IMG/VR virus record: IMGVR_UViG_3300033489_000025
Location: 1 to 40,940 of that record
Length of the DNA stretch: 40,940 nucleotides
Source: a virus
Reading direction: 5' to 3' (one strand)
Below, one piece after another: positions 15,224 through 23,541 of the stretch; position 1 is the first letter of the stretch; every line of letters begins with the position of its first letter. A model generated the notes under the pieces. It was not told the origin of the DNA and ran no database searches. It saw only the letters and a list, made by a program, of their open reading frames with translations. A program made the position numbers and the translations under genes.

Positions 15224-17200
15224 ATGAAATTAATACTTTGTTATCCACCGCATATTGCGCCAGATGCGCAACACGGTCAAGGGCGTGAGTGGTACCCCAT
15301 AGGTATCGCGTCTTTAGCGGCTTATATAGATTCTAAATATAGAGATATCGATATAGCGTGTTTAGACCTATTCGATTTATCGTATGATGAATCTTTAAAT
15401 AAGATAACTAATGAAATGACCGAAAATGATATAAATTTAGTCGGTTTTACGCTTATGACTGAGCAAAGGGCTACAGTGTTTAATCTTTGTGCCGATTTGA
15501 AACAGCGCGTCGACGATTATAATTCAATCGCTAATACTACAACCCAATTAAGGACGATTGTTGGAGGTCCGCACGCGTCAATAATGTATCAGCAGATATG
15601 GGATAATTATAGCCAGATTGATTTTATCGTTGTGGGTGAGGGCGAAAAAGGTTTACTCCGGGTTATTTACAACCCGGATGTTCGAGGTATAGTCAAAGAA
15701 GATCAAATCGAAGATTTAGACACTTTGCCTTTAGCGATTGAGGGCTTAAAGTTTTTTAAACCCGGGCTTAAATTTAAAGAATACCCTATAGTATCGTCCC
15801 GCGGGTGCACAGACCGATGTACATTTTGTACAACGTATATAACCTGGAAGGGTTATCGCGTAAGAAGTGCGTATGATATATTTTTGGAAATAAATAAGGC
15901 TAAGGCTCTGGGCTATCAGTATTTTAAATTTCACGACGACAGCGCAACAGCTGATATGCAAAACTTTTTAGCCTTATGCCATATGTTAAAAGACTCGAAA
16001 ATTAATTTCGAGATAACGGCCAGGGCTGATCAACTAAATGAAGAATTAGTTAAGGCGTTAAAAATTGCCGGATGTGTCAAAGTCGCTTTAGGCCTGGAAT
16101 CAGGAAGCGAAAAGCTTAGAAAGTCAATGGGCAAAAAGTTAGACATAGCCCTGGCGTATCAAAACGTAAGATTACTACAGACTTATGGCGTACACGTCCA
16201 CGGTCTATTTATTGTAGGCTGGCCGGGTGAGACCGAAGAGACTATCGAAGAGACCCGCGATATGATTAAAGAGTTAAGATTAGACACTTTCTCAAATCTT
16301 CCGGGCTTAATGGCATTACCAGGAAATCCAATATATAATAAGTTTAAAAAAGATGGCTGGATAGATGATAGCTTTTGGTTAACACCTCATGCGCCTCCAT
16401 ATTACACAGGCGAGCATAATTTTGAGACACTAAATTATTTTAGTTCAAGACTTAGAGCGAGAGACGCGCGTGTGCTTATTGCGGCTGTGGTTAATCAGGA
16501 AGAACGCGTTTTCGCTGAATACTTAGAGCATTTAGATAATATGGCTGTGCCTAAAGACGTTGAGGTCTCTAGATGCTTTATATTACACAATAGCCCGGAT
16601 TTGAAAAAGTATCTTAAACCTGACGAGTATATCGAAGTAGATAATAATTTGGTCCATGATATGAGCCATACGTGGAATATTGAAAAGTTTACGTTTTTAG
16701 CCGATTGTAAGAATAAAATAGTCGAAATAGCCAATGGCGCACACGCGACTCACATTTTGTGGATTGATAGTGACTTATTGGTACAACCTGAAACGCTAAA
16801 ACATTTATTAAGCCTAAATGTTGATATTGTAGGCGAAATGTTTTTGACACAGTGGCCCGGCGCTGATAGGCCGATGCCTAACGCGTGGCACGTGGACCAA
16901 TATAGTTTTTACGCTGACCCAAAAATGTTTGATACTCGAGGCTTATATATGGTTGGAGGTACCGGGGCATTGATATTAGTGAATATACGTGTGTATGGCG
17001 ACTATATTAATTATAAAGCCGTCCCAAATGTGTCATTTAGCATCTGGGAAGATAGAGCCTTTTGTATAAGGGCTGCATGTGGGGGGTATAATATATATTT
17101 CGATACCAGGTACCCGGCCAGGCATTTATACACTAAAGAAATAACAGATAGCTATTTTAATGGTATAATAGAAGCGGGAGGTGTTAAAAATGGAGAATAA
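15224..17200 (+). CDS. B12-binding-domain radical SAM enzyme fused to a C-terminal GT-A-like domain
   Basis: N-terminal 'LVGFTLMT...IVGGPHAS'; 'SSRGCTDRCTFCT' (CxxxCxxC); 'GLESGSEKLRKSMGK'; C-terminal 'ILWIDSDLLV' and 'WEDRAFCIRAACGGYNIY'. Confidence 0.75.
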   Translation: MKLILCYPPHIAPDAQHGQGREWYPIGIASLAAYIDSKYRDIDIACLDLFDLSYDESLNKITNEMTENDINLVGFTLMTEQRATVFNLCADLKQRVDDYNSIANTTTQLRTIVGGPHASIMYQQIWDNYSQIDFIVVGEGEKGLLRVIYNPDVRGIVKEDQIEDLDTLPLAIEGLKFFKPGLKFKEYPIVSSRGCTDRCTFCTTYITWKGYRVRSAYDIFLEINKAKALGYQYFKFHDDSATADMQNFLALCHMLKDSKINFEITARADQLNEELVKALKIAGCVKVALGLESGSEKLRKSMGKKLDIALAYQNVRLLQTYGVHVHGLFIVGWPGETEETIEETRDMIKELRLDTFSNLPGLMALPGNPIYNKFKKDGWIDDSFWLTPHAPPYYTGEHNFETLNYFSSRLRARDARVLIAAVVNQEERVFAEYLEHLDNMAVPKDVEVSRCFILHNSPDLKKYLKPDEYIEVDNNLVHDMSHTWNIEKFTFLADCKNKIVEIANGAHATHILWIDSDLLVQPETLKHLLSLNVDIVGEMFLTQWPGADRPMPNAWHVDQYSFYADPKMFDTRGLYMVGGTGALILVNIRVYGDYINYKAVPNVSFSIWEDRAFCIRAACGGYNIYFDTRYPARHLYTKEITDSYFNGIIEAGGVKNGE

Positions 17201-17783
17201 ATTTTTGGCGTATAATGATGAAAAAATGGATACGGTTGAGGGCTTTAAAATACCGGCTTCATGGTGGTCAAGGCCTTTAGAATATGCGTTCGCCGCTAAA
17301 TATGTAAATAAAAAACATGTTGTAATTGACGCCGGATGCGGCATTGAGCATCCGTTTAAGTACTACTTAGCCAGTAATTCAAAGCACGTAACCTGTATAG
17401 ACACAGACGAGAGACTTGAGACTTTGCTCAGGCCTGATAACATGAATTTTATATTACGCGATATGTCAAATGATTGTGATACCGACGAAATAATAGCCGA
17501 TACAATCTTTTGCCTAAGTGTTTTAGAGCATATGAATCCTGCGCAACAGGCAAAGACTATAGAAAATTTCGTTAAATGGTTAAAGCCAAATGGCAAATTA
17601 ATTTTAACTGTTGACTATCCGACTATAAAACCAGAGGTTTTATGCGCTATGCTAGAGCCGCATTTTACGATAGGGAAATGCGATTATGATCCTGACAATA
17701 AGGCTAATATCGTTATGCCTTACTATAACTTAAAGGTATTTACTCTAGTTGGCACTAAAAAGAAGGTGGTCAAATGCGATTAA
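17190..17783 (+). CDS. Class I SAM-dependent methyltransferase (second)
   Basis: 'VIDAGCGIEHPF', 'IFCLSVLEHM', 'LKPNGKLILTVD'; ATG 17190 after a GGAGG RBS. Confidence 0.75.
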   Translation: MENKFLAYNDEKMDTVEGFKIPASWWSRPLEYAFAAKYVNKKHVVIDAGCGIEHPFKYYLASNSKHVTCIDTDERLETLLRPDNMNFILRDMSNDCDTDEIIADTIFCLSVLEHMNPAQQAKTIENFVKWLKPNGKLILTVDYPTIKPEVLCAMLEPHFTIGKCDYDPDNKANIVMPYYNLKVFTLVGTKKKVVKCD

Positions 17784-18364
17784 CCTTATTAACGGCATCG
17801 ACTCAGAGTATTCTGGGTATAACCGCTACTAAAAACTATTTAAAAGTCGAGCATACGACAGACGATACACTTATAAATACACTAATGACCGCGGCTGTGT
17901 CAATAGTCGAAAATTACACAGGTCTTGTCACGCATGAGCAAACATGGCGACAGGACGAAGAAGGCGACAGCGACTACTTAGAATTAATGAAAGCGCCGGT
18001 CAAAAGTATTCTTGAAGTCAAGTACTATGAAGATTTTGACAGTACAGGAAGTTTACTAACTGAGTCGACGGATTTCCGTGTTGCCGGTCAGTACCTTGTG
18101 CATGACGACGATTATTGGGATAAGCAAAGGGGTTTGGACGGATATCAAATTAAGTATTCAGTTGGGATGTATACGACTGATCCGCGTATGTCAAGTATGG
18201 AAATAGCCGCTTTAGCACTAACGGGATTTCTCTATGAGAATAGAGAGGCTTATGTCGTACAAGTCAATGAAACCTTTAGCGTAGTGTACGACTTTTCAAA
18301 AACACCAGCGCATATAATGCAATTGCTAAGACCCATTTGCGAAGGCCGGGGGGTGGGCTTCTAA
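17774..18364 (+). CDS. Head-tail connector protein (gp6-like)
   Basis: 'LKVEHTTDDTLINTLMTAAVSIVENYTG' is the typical N-terminal pattern; position. Confidence 0.7.
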   Translation: MRLTLLTASTQSILGITATKNYLKVEHTTDDTLINTLMTAAVSIVENYTGLVTHEQTWRQDEEGDSDYLELMKAPVKSILEVKYYEDFDSTGSLLTESTDFRVAGQYLVHDDDYWDKQRGLDGYQIKYSVGMYTTDPRMSSMEIAALALTGFLYENREAYVVQVNETFSVVYDFSKTPAHIMQLLRPICEGRGVGF

Positions 18365-18684
18365 TGTTAAACTATAAACATAGAATTACATTACAGTCGA
18401 ACAGCCCAACGGAGTTTAGGGCCGGGTGTTATACTGAAAGTTGGGTGACGGTTACTACCCTCTGGGCTAATATAGCCACGGTGGCCGTGGCTGAGGATTA
18501 TAATTTTAAAAAAGGCCAGCAAACCAGTAATTTATTAATCGCTATGCGATATACAAATACTATTGATAAGGCCACATGTAGATTTTTATACGAGGGCCAA
18601 AAAGTACACATAATGAATGTCCGAGATAAGGGCGGCCGTAAAAAGGAAATCGTTATAGAAGGGCGTGTGGAGGATGGAACTTAG
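18364..18684 (+). CDS. Head closure / head-tail adaptor protein (SPP1 gp16-like)
   Basis: 'YKHRITLQ' N-terminal pattern; TAATG overlap with the upstream gene. Confidence 0.65.
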   Translation: MLNYKHRITLQSNSPTEFRAGCYTESWVTVTTLWANIATVAVAEDYNFKKGQQTSNLLIAMRYTNTIDKATCRFLYEGQKVHIMNVRDKGGRKKEIVIEGRVEDGT

Positions 18685-19063
18685 CGCGGGAATGTATAAC
18701 ATGAATGCTTTTAGGCGAAGGCTCAATAATTATCCTGAAGCCCTAAAAAGAGAGCTAAAAGAGATCGGTTTAGAAACCGCCCTGGTCGACATTGAGACTG
18801 AGGCTAAGCTTAAACTAACCAGGGATAAGCATATTGATACCGGACATTTAAGGGCTAGTATACATACAGAATACGAGGGCTCGCCAATGCAAATACTGGG
18901 TGGTGTATCTGGGCCATTAGATTTTGTTGTTGGTACAAAGGTTGTGTACGCCTGGAAGATTGAGAAACTTGATTCTTATGTTATTTGGGCCTTTAGGCGA
19001 GCTAAACCAAAGTATATGACGAGATGTAACCAGGCTATAAGGAGGGCGTTAAATGGATTATAG
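18665..19063 (+). CDS. HK97 gp10-family tail-component protein
   Basis: 'DTGHLRASIH' pattern; start uncertain (GTG 18665, ATG 18674 or ATG 18692). Confidence 0.6.
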   Translation: MWRMELSAGMYNMNAFRRRLNNYPEALKRELKEIGLETALVDIETEAKLKLTRDKHIDTGHLRASIHTEYEGSPMQILGGVSGPLDFVVGTKVVYAWKIEKLDSYVIWAFRRAKPKYMTRCNQAIRRALNGL

Positions 19064-20207
19064 ATTTGAAGCCAAAACCGCAATAGTTGATGCGTTAAAG
19101 GCTAACACGTATTTAATGTCTATAGCTAATATATACGACACGCCTTCAGACAATAAAAGTTATCCGTATGTGGCCATAGAAGCTTCTAATGCAGTACCTG
19201 ATAACCGTCACGGCAAAAAGGGCTATCGTATATATTTAACCTTTGGCATATATACAAAACCGGGTTTGTTAGGTAGTTATCAACGTGATACAATAGTATC
19301 ATTAATAGATTCTATATTAAATTTAAAAAAATTCGATATCACATCAGGTAATTATTACATGGGCGGCTGTGCCCAAACGTCTATAAACGATTGGGCACAG
19401 GGCGAAACGATAGGGACGAATGTGACTTATACGGTTTATATGTATGGTGATTCAGTTAATGCTTTAGATTTATCCGGTTGTGCGATGGCGCTTAGTTTGT
19501 ATAAAGTTAATGAGGATTACACAGGTGCAGTTTTAAGATTAAGGCGTAGCGTGGATAATGACGAAATGGAGATACCATTTTCGGGGAACTTTATGCATAC
19601 GAGTTTAGCTGAAGCCTTTTGCGGTAATTCGGATGGGTATGTTAGCGTATTATACAATCAGATAAGCGGTGGCGAGAATGCAACCCAGGTCGCTGTAGCA
19701 AGTCAGCCTAAATTAATAAGCGCCGGCGTTTTAAATACAGATGGGATGTATTTTAACGGCACAAGCAGTTGTATGAGTGTCACAGTGCATACGGCTATAA
19801 ATATAACCGCAAGGCCTCTATCGATATACACATCAGCCAAAGCCTTTACGGGAGCCTCAACGGGTTTTGTATATGCGCTTAACAGTTCGGGTTCAGCGGA
19901 TACCCAATACGCGCTGAGAATATCTGATGCTTACGTGTATGCCTATTTGCAAAATACAATACGCATACAGGGTAGCCTTGTTACAGGTGTAAGGCAAATG
20001 TATATCTGGAAGGCCGATGGAACGATAAAACTTATAACTGATGCTGAAACAAAAACTGGCAGTTACGTTGGGTCTTTAACATCTAGAAATTATTTTGTAC
20101 TTGGCAATTGGACGGGTACGGCCAATTACTTTAAGGGACATTTAAAAAGTATTTTAATATTTAACACTGATGAAGAAGCAAATTACAATGTTTTAAGCAG
20201 TTATTAA
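19053..20207 (+). CDS. Tail completion/terminator protein (DUF3168-like N-terminus) fused to a LamG/concanavalin-like domain
   Basis: N-terminal ~130 aa 'AIVDALKAN...YPYVAIE...'; C-terminal ~250 aa 'ALSLYKVNEDYTGAVLRLRRSVDNDEMEI...LYNQISGGENATQ...NYFKGHLKSILIFN'. Confidence 0.55.
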   Translation: MDYRFEAKTAIVDALKANTYLMSIANIYDTPSDNKSYPYVAIEASNAVPDNRHGKKGYRIYLTFGIYTKPGLLGSYQRDTIVSLIDSILNLKKFDITSGNYYMGGCAQTSINDWAQGETIGTNVTYTVYMYGDSVNALDLSGCAMALSLYKVNEDYTGAVLRLRRSVDNDEMEIPFSGNFMHTSLAEAFCGNSDGYVSVLYNQISGGENATQVAVASQPKLISAGVLNTDGMYFNGTSSCMSVTVHTAINITARPLSIYTSAKAFTGASTGFVYALNSSGSADTQYALRISDAYVYAYLQNTIRIQGSLVTGVRQMYIWKADGTIKLITDAETKTGSYVGSLTSRNYFVLGNWTGTANYFKGHLKSILIFNTDEEANYNVLSSY

Positions 20208-20222
20208 AAGGGAGGGAATTAA

Positions 20223-20624
20223 ATGGCGAGTTTAGGAGCAGGGGCAACATTAAAATTTGGGACAACTAATACAATTTCAGAAATCACAAATGTAGCCGGT
20301 CCAGGTTATGAAGCGGATGAGCTAGATACAACGGTGCATAGTAACACATCAAGATTTAGAGAATATGTTAAAGGCCTGATAGACGCTGGTGTATTTGACA
20401 TAGAGGGCTATGTTAATAGTACAGACCTTGGAGCGTTAGAGACAATTGCAGCAACAACCACATTATATAGCGTGACAGTTACAATGCCAACATTACCGAG
20501 TTCAAGTCAGTTTGCTTGTAATGGGTTTGTCAAAAGTTATAAACTTGAAGATCCGGTTGACGATTTAATCGCATACGCATTAAGCATTAAGATATCAGGC
20601 AAGCCAACATTTAGTAAAATATAG
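20223..20624 (+). CDS. Major tail (tube) protein
   Basis: 133 aa, position before the chaperone and tape-measure genes; 'GATLKFGT...ITNVAGPGYEADELDTT'. Confidence 0.75.
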   Translation: MASLGAGATLKFGTTNTISEITNVAGPGYEADELDTTVHSNTSRFREYVKGLIDAGVFDIEGYVNSTDLGALETIAATTTLYSVTVTMPTLPSSSQFACNGFVKSYKLEDPVDDLIAYALSIKISGKPTFSKI

Positions 20625-20633
20625 GGGTGTATT

Positions 20634-20981
20634 ATGTTAATAAAATTGGGCGAAAAGCAATTTCAAATAGAATTTACCTTTAACTCCCTATGCTTGATCG
20701 AAGAGTTAATCGGCATGGGGATATCGGAAATGATTTTAAGACAAGAGCGTTTAGCGTCTCTGACTACTATAAGGACTTTTTTATACGCTGGATTAAACGA
20801 ACATAATCCCGAAATAACCGAGCGTGAGGTCGGAGATCTAATAAGCGCATACATCAAAAAGGGTGGGCGCATAGACTCCTTAGCTAATCGCTTAATGCAG
20901 GCTATGCAAGAATCGGGACTAACCACTACCCAAGAAACAGGACATCAAAGTTTAGAAAAAAAAACTGGACCGAAGAAATAA
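20634..20981 (+). CDS. Tail assembly chaperone (gpG-like)
   Basis: Position; ends 15 nt after an A9 slippery run. Confidence 0.75.
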   Translation: MLIKLGEKQFQIEFTFNSLCLIEELIGMGISEMILRQERLASLTTIRTFLYAGLNEHNPEITEREVGDLISAYIKKGGRIDSLANRLMQAMQESGLTTTQETGHQSLEKKTGPKK

Positions 20982-21274
20982 AAGAGCTCTATAAAATAGC
21001 GGCCCGGTGGTTAACCTGGAGAGAATTTATCCGGTTCACGCCGGGCGCTTTTAATATATTCCTTGATACAAAAATCGAAATGGAAAATTATGAAACTGAG
21101 AAAATGAATAATTATTATGGCACAGTATGTGCGGTAATTGCGTCTGTTTTTAGCAAAAAGAAGTTTAAGGCCAAGGATTTTTTTGGCAAAGCAAAAAAAG
21201 AACAAACCATTGATGAAATGGCCGCGTTCTTTGAGGCGATGACGCGAGCTTTAGGAGGTGAAATTATTGGCTGA
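20634..21274 (+). CDS. Frameshift-extended tail assembly chaperone (gpGT-like)
   Basis: Track ORF 21080..21274 is in the -1 frame relative to 20634..20981 and is open back to the slip site. Confidence 0.65.
20956..20964 (+). promoter_or_regulatory. Programmed -1 ribosomal frameshift slippery site (A9)
   Basis: 'gaaaaaaaaact'; the -1 frame stays open from here to 21274 (my translation KKNWTEEIKELYKIAARWLTWREFIRF...). Confidence 0.7.
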
Positions 21275-23540
21275 TGAAGAATTAAAAGTAAGGATATCAA
21301 CAGATACGGAAGATAGTAAAGCCGCAATATCGGATATGGATGGGCTGTTTAGCGGTCTTGGGGATACTGTTAAAGGCTTTGCGCTAGGCGCGGCCGCGTC
21401 TTTAGCGGCGTTCACTATCGCGATGGGTGTTAAAGGCGTCAATGCGGCGTCCGAGTTGGAGAAAGCCGTTAATGATGTTACAACCCAGACGGGCGCGGGA
21501 AAGAAGGAAATGGGCGGTTTCCGTGATATTTTAACCGATTTGTACGCGCAGAATTTTGGTGAATCCTTTGAGGATTTAGGCAAAAGCTTAGCCGAAGTTA
21601 AAAAGCAGACCAAACTAAGTGGTACGGAACTTGAAAACTTTACCAAAAACGCGTTAATATTACGTGACACTTTCGAATTCGAGGTTACGGAATCCACTAG
21701 AGCGGCTAAGCAAATGATGGACCAGTTCGGTATTTCTGGGGACGACGCTTTTAACCTGATTGCGCAAGGCGCGCAAAAAGGTTTGAATAAAAATGATGAC
21801 CTATTGGATTCAATTAATGAGTATAGTGTGCAGTTTAAAAGCATTGGGCTTGACGCTGATGATATGTTCGAGATGTTCGGTGCTGGCGCTGAGTCTGGCG
21901 CATTTTCGATTGACAAAATAGGCGATGCGATTAAGGAATTTAATATAAGATCCAAGGACATGTCTAAGGGAAGTGCCGAAGGTTTTAAGGCCCTGGGGCT
22001 TAACGCTGATAATATGTTCAAAAAGTTTGCTGGCGGCGGGGCCAAGGCGCAAGAAGCTTTTTTCCAGGTCATCCAAAAGCTAGGCGCGATTAAGGATAAG
22101 ACTAAGCAAAATGCGGTAGGCGTCGCGTTATTTGGCGCACAGTTTGAGGACCTGGAGGCTCAGGGAATTTTAGCACTGGGGAATCTAGGTAATGAATTTG
22201 ATCAGACTAAAAAAACCATGGATTCGATCAACCAGATACGCTATAACACATTCGGCGAGGCCATGGCCGGAATAGGCCGACAAATAGAGGTGGGTTTATT
22301 AATACCATTTGGGCAGTTATTATTGCCTATGCTTAATAAATTCAGTAGCTGGATAGCTACAGCCCTGCCAGGTGCTATCGCAATATTTAAACAAATAGCA
22401 GCATTTATCAGTTCGGTATTTGGTCCAGTTTTCGCGGAGTCTTTCGCTAATATAAAATTGGCACTTGGTAATTTCGTTACTGGTGTTCAGGGCTCAGGGG
22501 CCAGCGCGACACCGATATTTACGGCACTTAAAGACCTTTTCAGGACTCTGGCTAATACCTGGAAGATTTATAGTGATATAGTCACAAAGCAAGTGCTACC
22601 TGCGTTTTTGACTGTGGTTGGTCAATTATTGCCCGTGTTAGGGGCTATATTCTTTGGTATTATTAAAGCGCTTCAGGGTGTTTATGTAGTTTGGGGTGTA
22701 ATATGGGGTGCGGTTGGTGGTTTAGTGGGCCAAATATTTAAGCAGATAGCCACTGTCGTCACTGCAAATATGAATATTATAAAGGCTATTATTAGTATTG
22801 TAAGTGGCCTGATCAAAGGCGACTGGTCTATGGTATGGAATGGTATTAAAACGATAATCAAAAATGCGTTTTCCATAATTAAAGGCGTAATTAAGACTGG
22901 GCTTACAATGTGGAAATCAATTTTCTCATTAATGCTGGGTTTAATTAAAATCGCTGTGCAAAATGGCTTTATCGTTCTAAAGAATTTAATTAAGCTTCAG
23001 ATCCAATTATCTGTAAGCATAATCAAAAATGCCTTAACACTTATGGTTAATACTTTTAAGAGTAAAGGCGCAAATATCAAAAGCGCTATGAGTTCAGTAT
23101 TAAATTATATTAAAAATGCTTTAGCCAATTTAGGCAAACAGGCATATAGCTGGGGGTCTAATTTCCTAAAAGCTTTTACAAATGGCATAAAATCCCGAAT
23201 AGCGGCCCTAAAGAATATGGTTAAGAGCGCGGCCCAACAGCTCAAAAATATGTTAGGCTTTAGTTCTCCGACAAAAGAAGGTCCTGGACGCACAGCCCAT
23301 AAGTGGGGTCCGAATTTTGTGAAGATGTTTGCGGCTGGTATAGCTAAAAATATAAATCTGGTTAAACGTGCCAGTAACACCACCGCGTTAGCCCTTGCGC
23401 CAGCGCGAATTCCGACCAGCGTTGGAGGCTCTAATTTCTCAAATGTAATTAATATTACCGGTAATAGTATCGTTAATGAAGCTTTAGTAGAGGCCATAAT
23501 GAATAAAGCCATCCGCTTAATGGCGAATAGGGGGCGTTAG
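21267..23540 (+). CDS. Tape measure protein
   Basis: ~757 aa, helical N-terminus, hydrophobic central block; TTG 21267 lies 9 nt after AGGAGG (the track start GTG 21258 abuts the RBS). Confidence 0.85.
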   Translation: MADEELKVRISTDTEDSKAAISDMDGLFSGLGDTVKGFALGAAASLAAFTIAMGVKGVNAASELEKAVNDVTTQTGAGKKEMGGFRDILTDLYAQNFGESFEDLGKSLAEVKKQTKLSGTELENFTKNALILRDTFEFEVTESTRAAKQMMDQFGISGDDAFNLIAQGAQKGLNKNDDLLDSINEYSVQFKSIGLDADDMFEMFGAGAESGAFSIDKIGDAIKEFNIRSKDMSKGSAEGFKALGLNADNMFKKFAGGGAKAQEAFFQVIQKLGAIKDKTKQNAVGVALFGAQFEDLEAQGILALGNLGNEFDQTKKTMDSINQIRYNTFGEAMAGIGRQIEVGLLIPFGQLLLPMLNKFSSWIATALPGAIAIFKQIAAFISSVFGPVFAESFANIKLALGNFVTGVQGSGASATPIFTALKDLFRTLANTWKIYSDIVTKQVLPAFLTVVGQLLPVLGAIFFGIIKALQGVYVVWGVIWGAVGGLVGQIFKQIATVVTANMNIIKAIISIVSGLIKGDWSMVWNGIKTIIKNAFSIIKGVIKTGLTMWKSIFSLMLGLIKIAVQNGFIVLKNLIKLQIQLSVSIIKNALTLMVNTFKSKGANIKSAMSSVLNYIKNALANLGKQAYSWGSNFLKAFTNGIKSRIAALKNMVKSAAQQLKNMLGFSSPTKEGPGRTAHKWGPNFVKMFAAGIAKNINLVKRASNTTALALAPARIPTSVGGSNFSNVINITGNSIVNEALVEAIMNKAIRLMANRGR

Positions 23541-23541
23541 A

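Noticed and set aside
15091-15288. 65-aa plus-strand ORF spanning the methyltransferase / radical-SAM intergenic region
   Set aside because: It overlaps the ends of two well-supported genes in another frame and runs through the hairpin and T-run region. It has no RBS.
21251-22072. 273-aa minus-strand ORF, and the 88-aa ORF at 21810..22076
   Set aside because: Both are fully antisense to the tape measure gene. They are low-complexity (Ser/Ala/Leu/Pro-rich) with no RBS. Long antisense ORFs like these are typical of Ala/Gly/Lys-rich tape-measure sequence.
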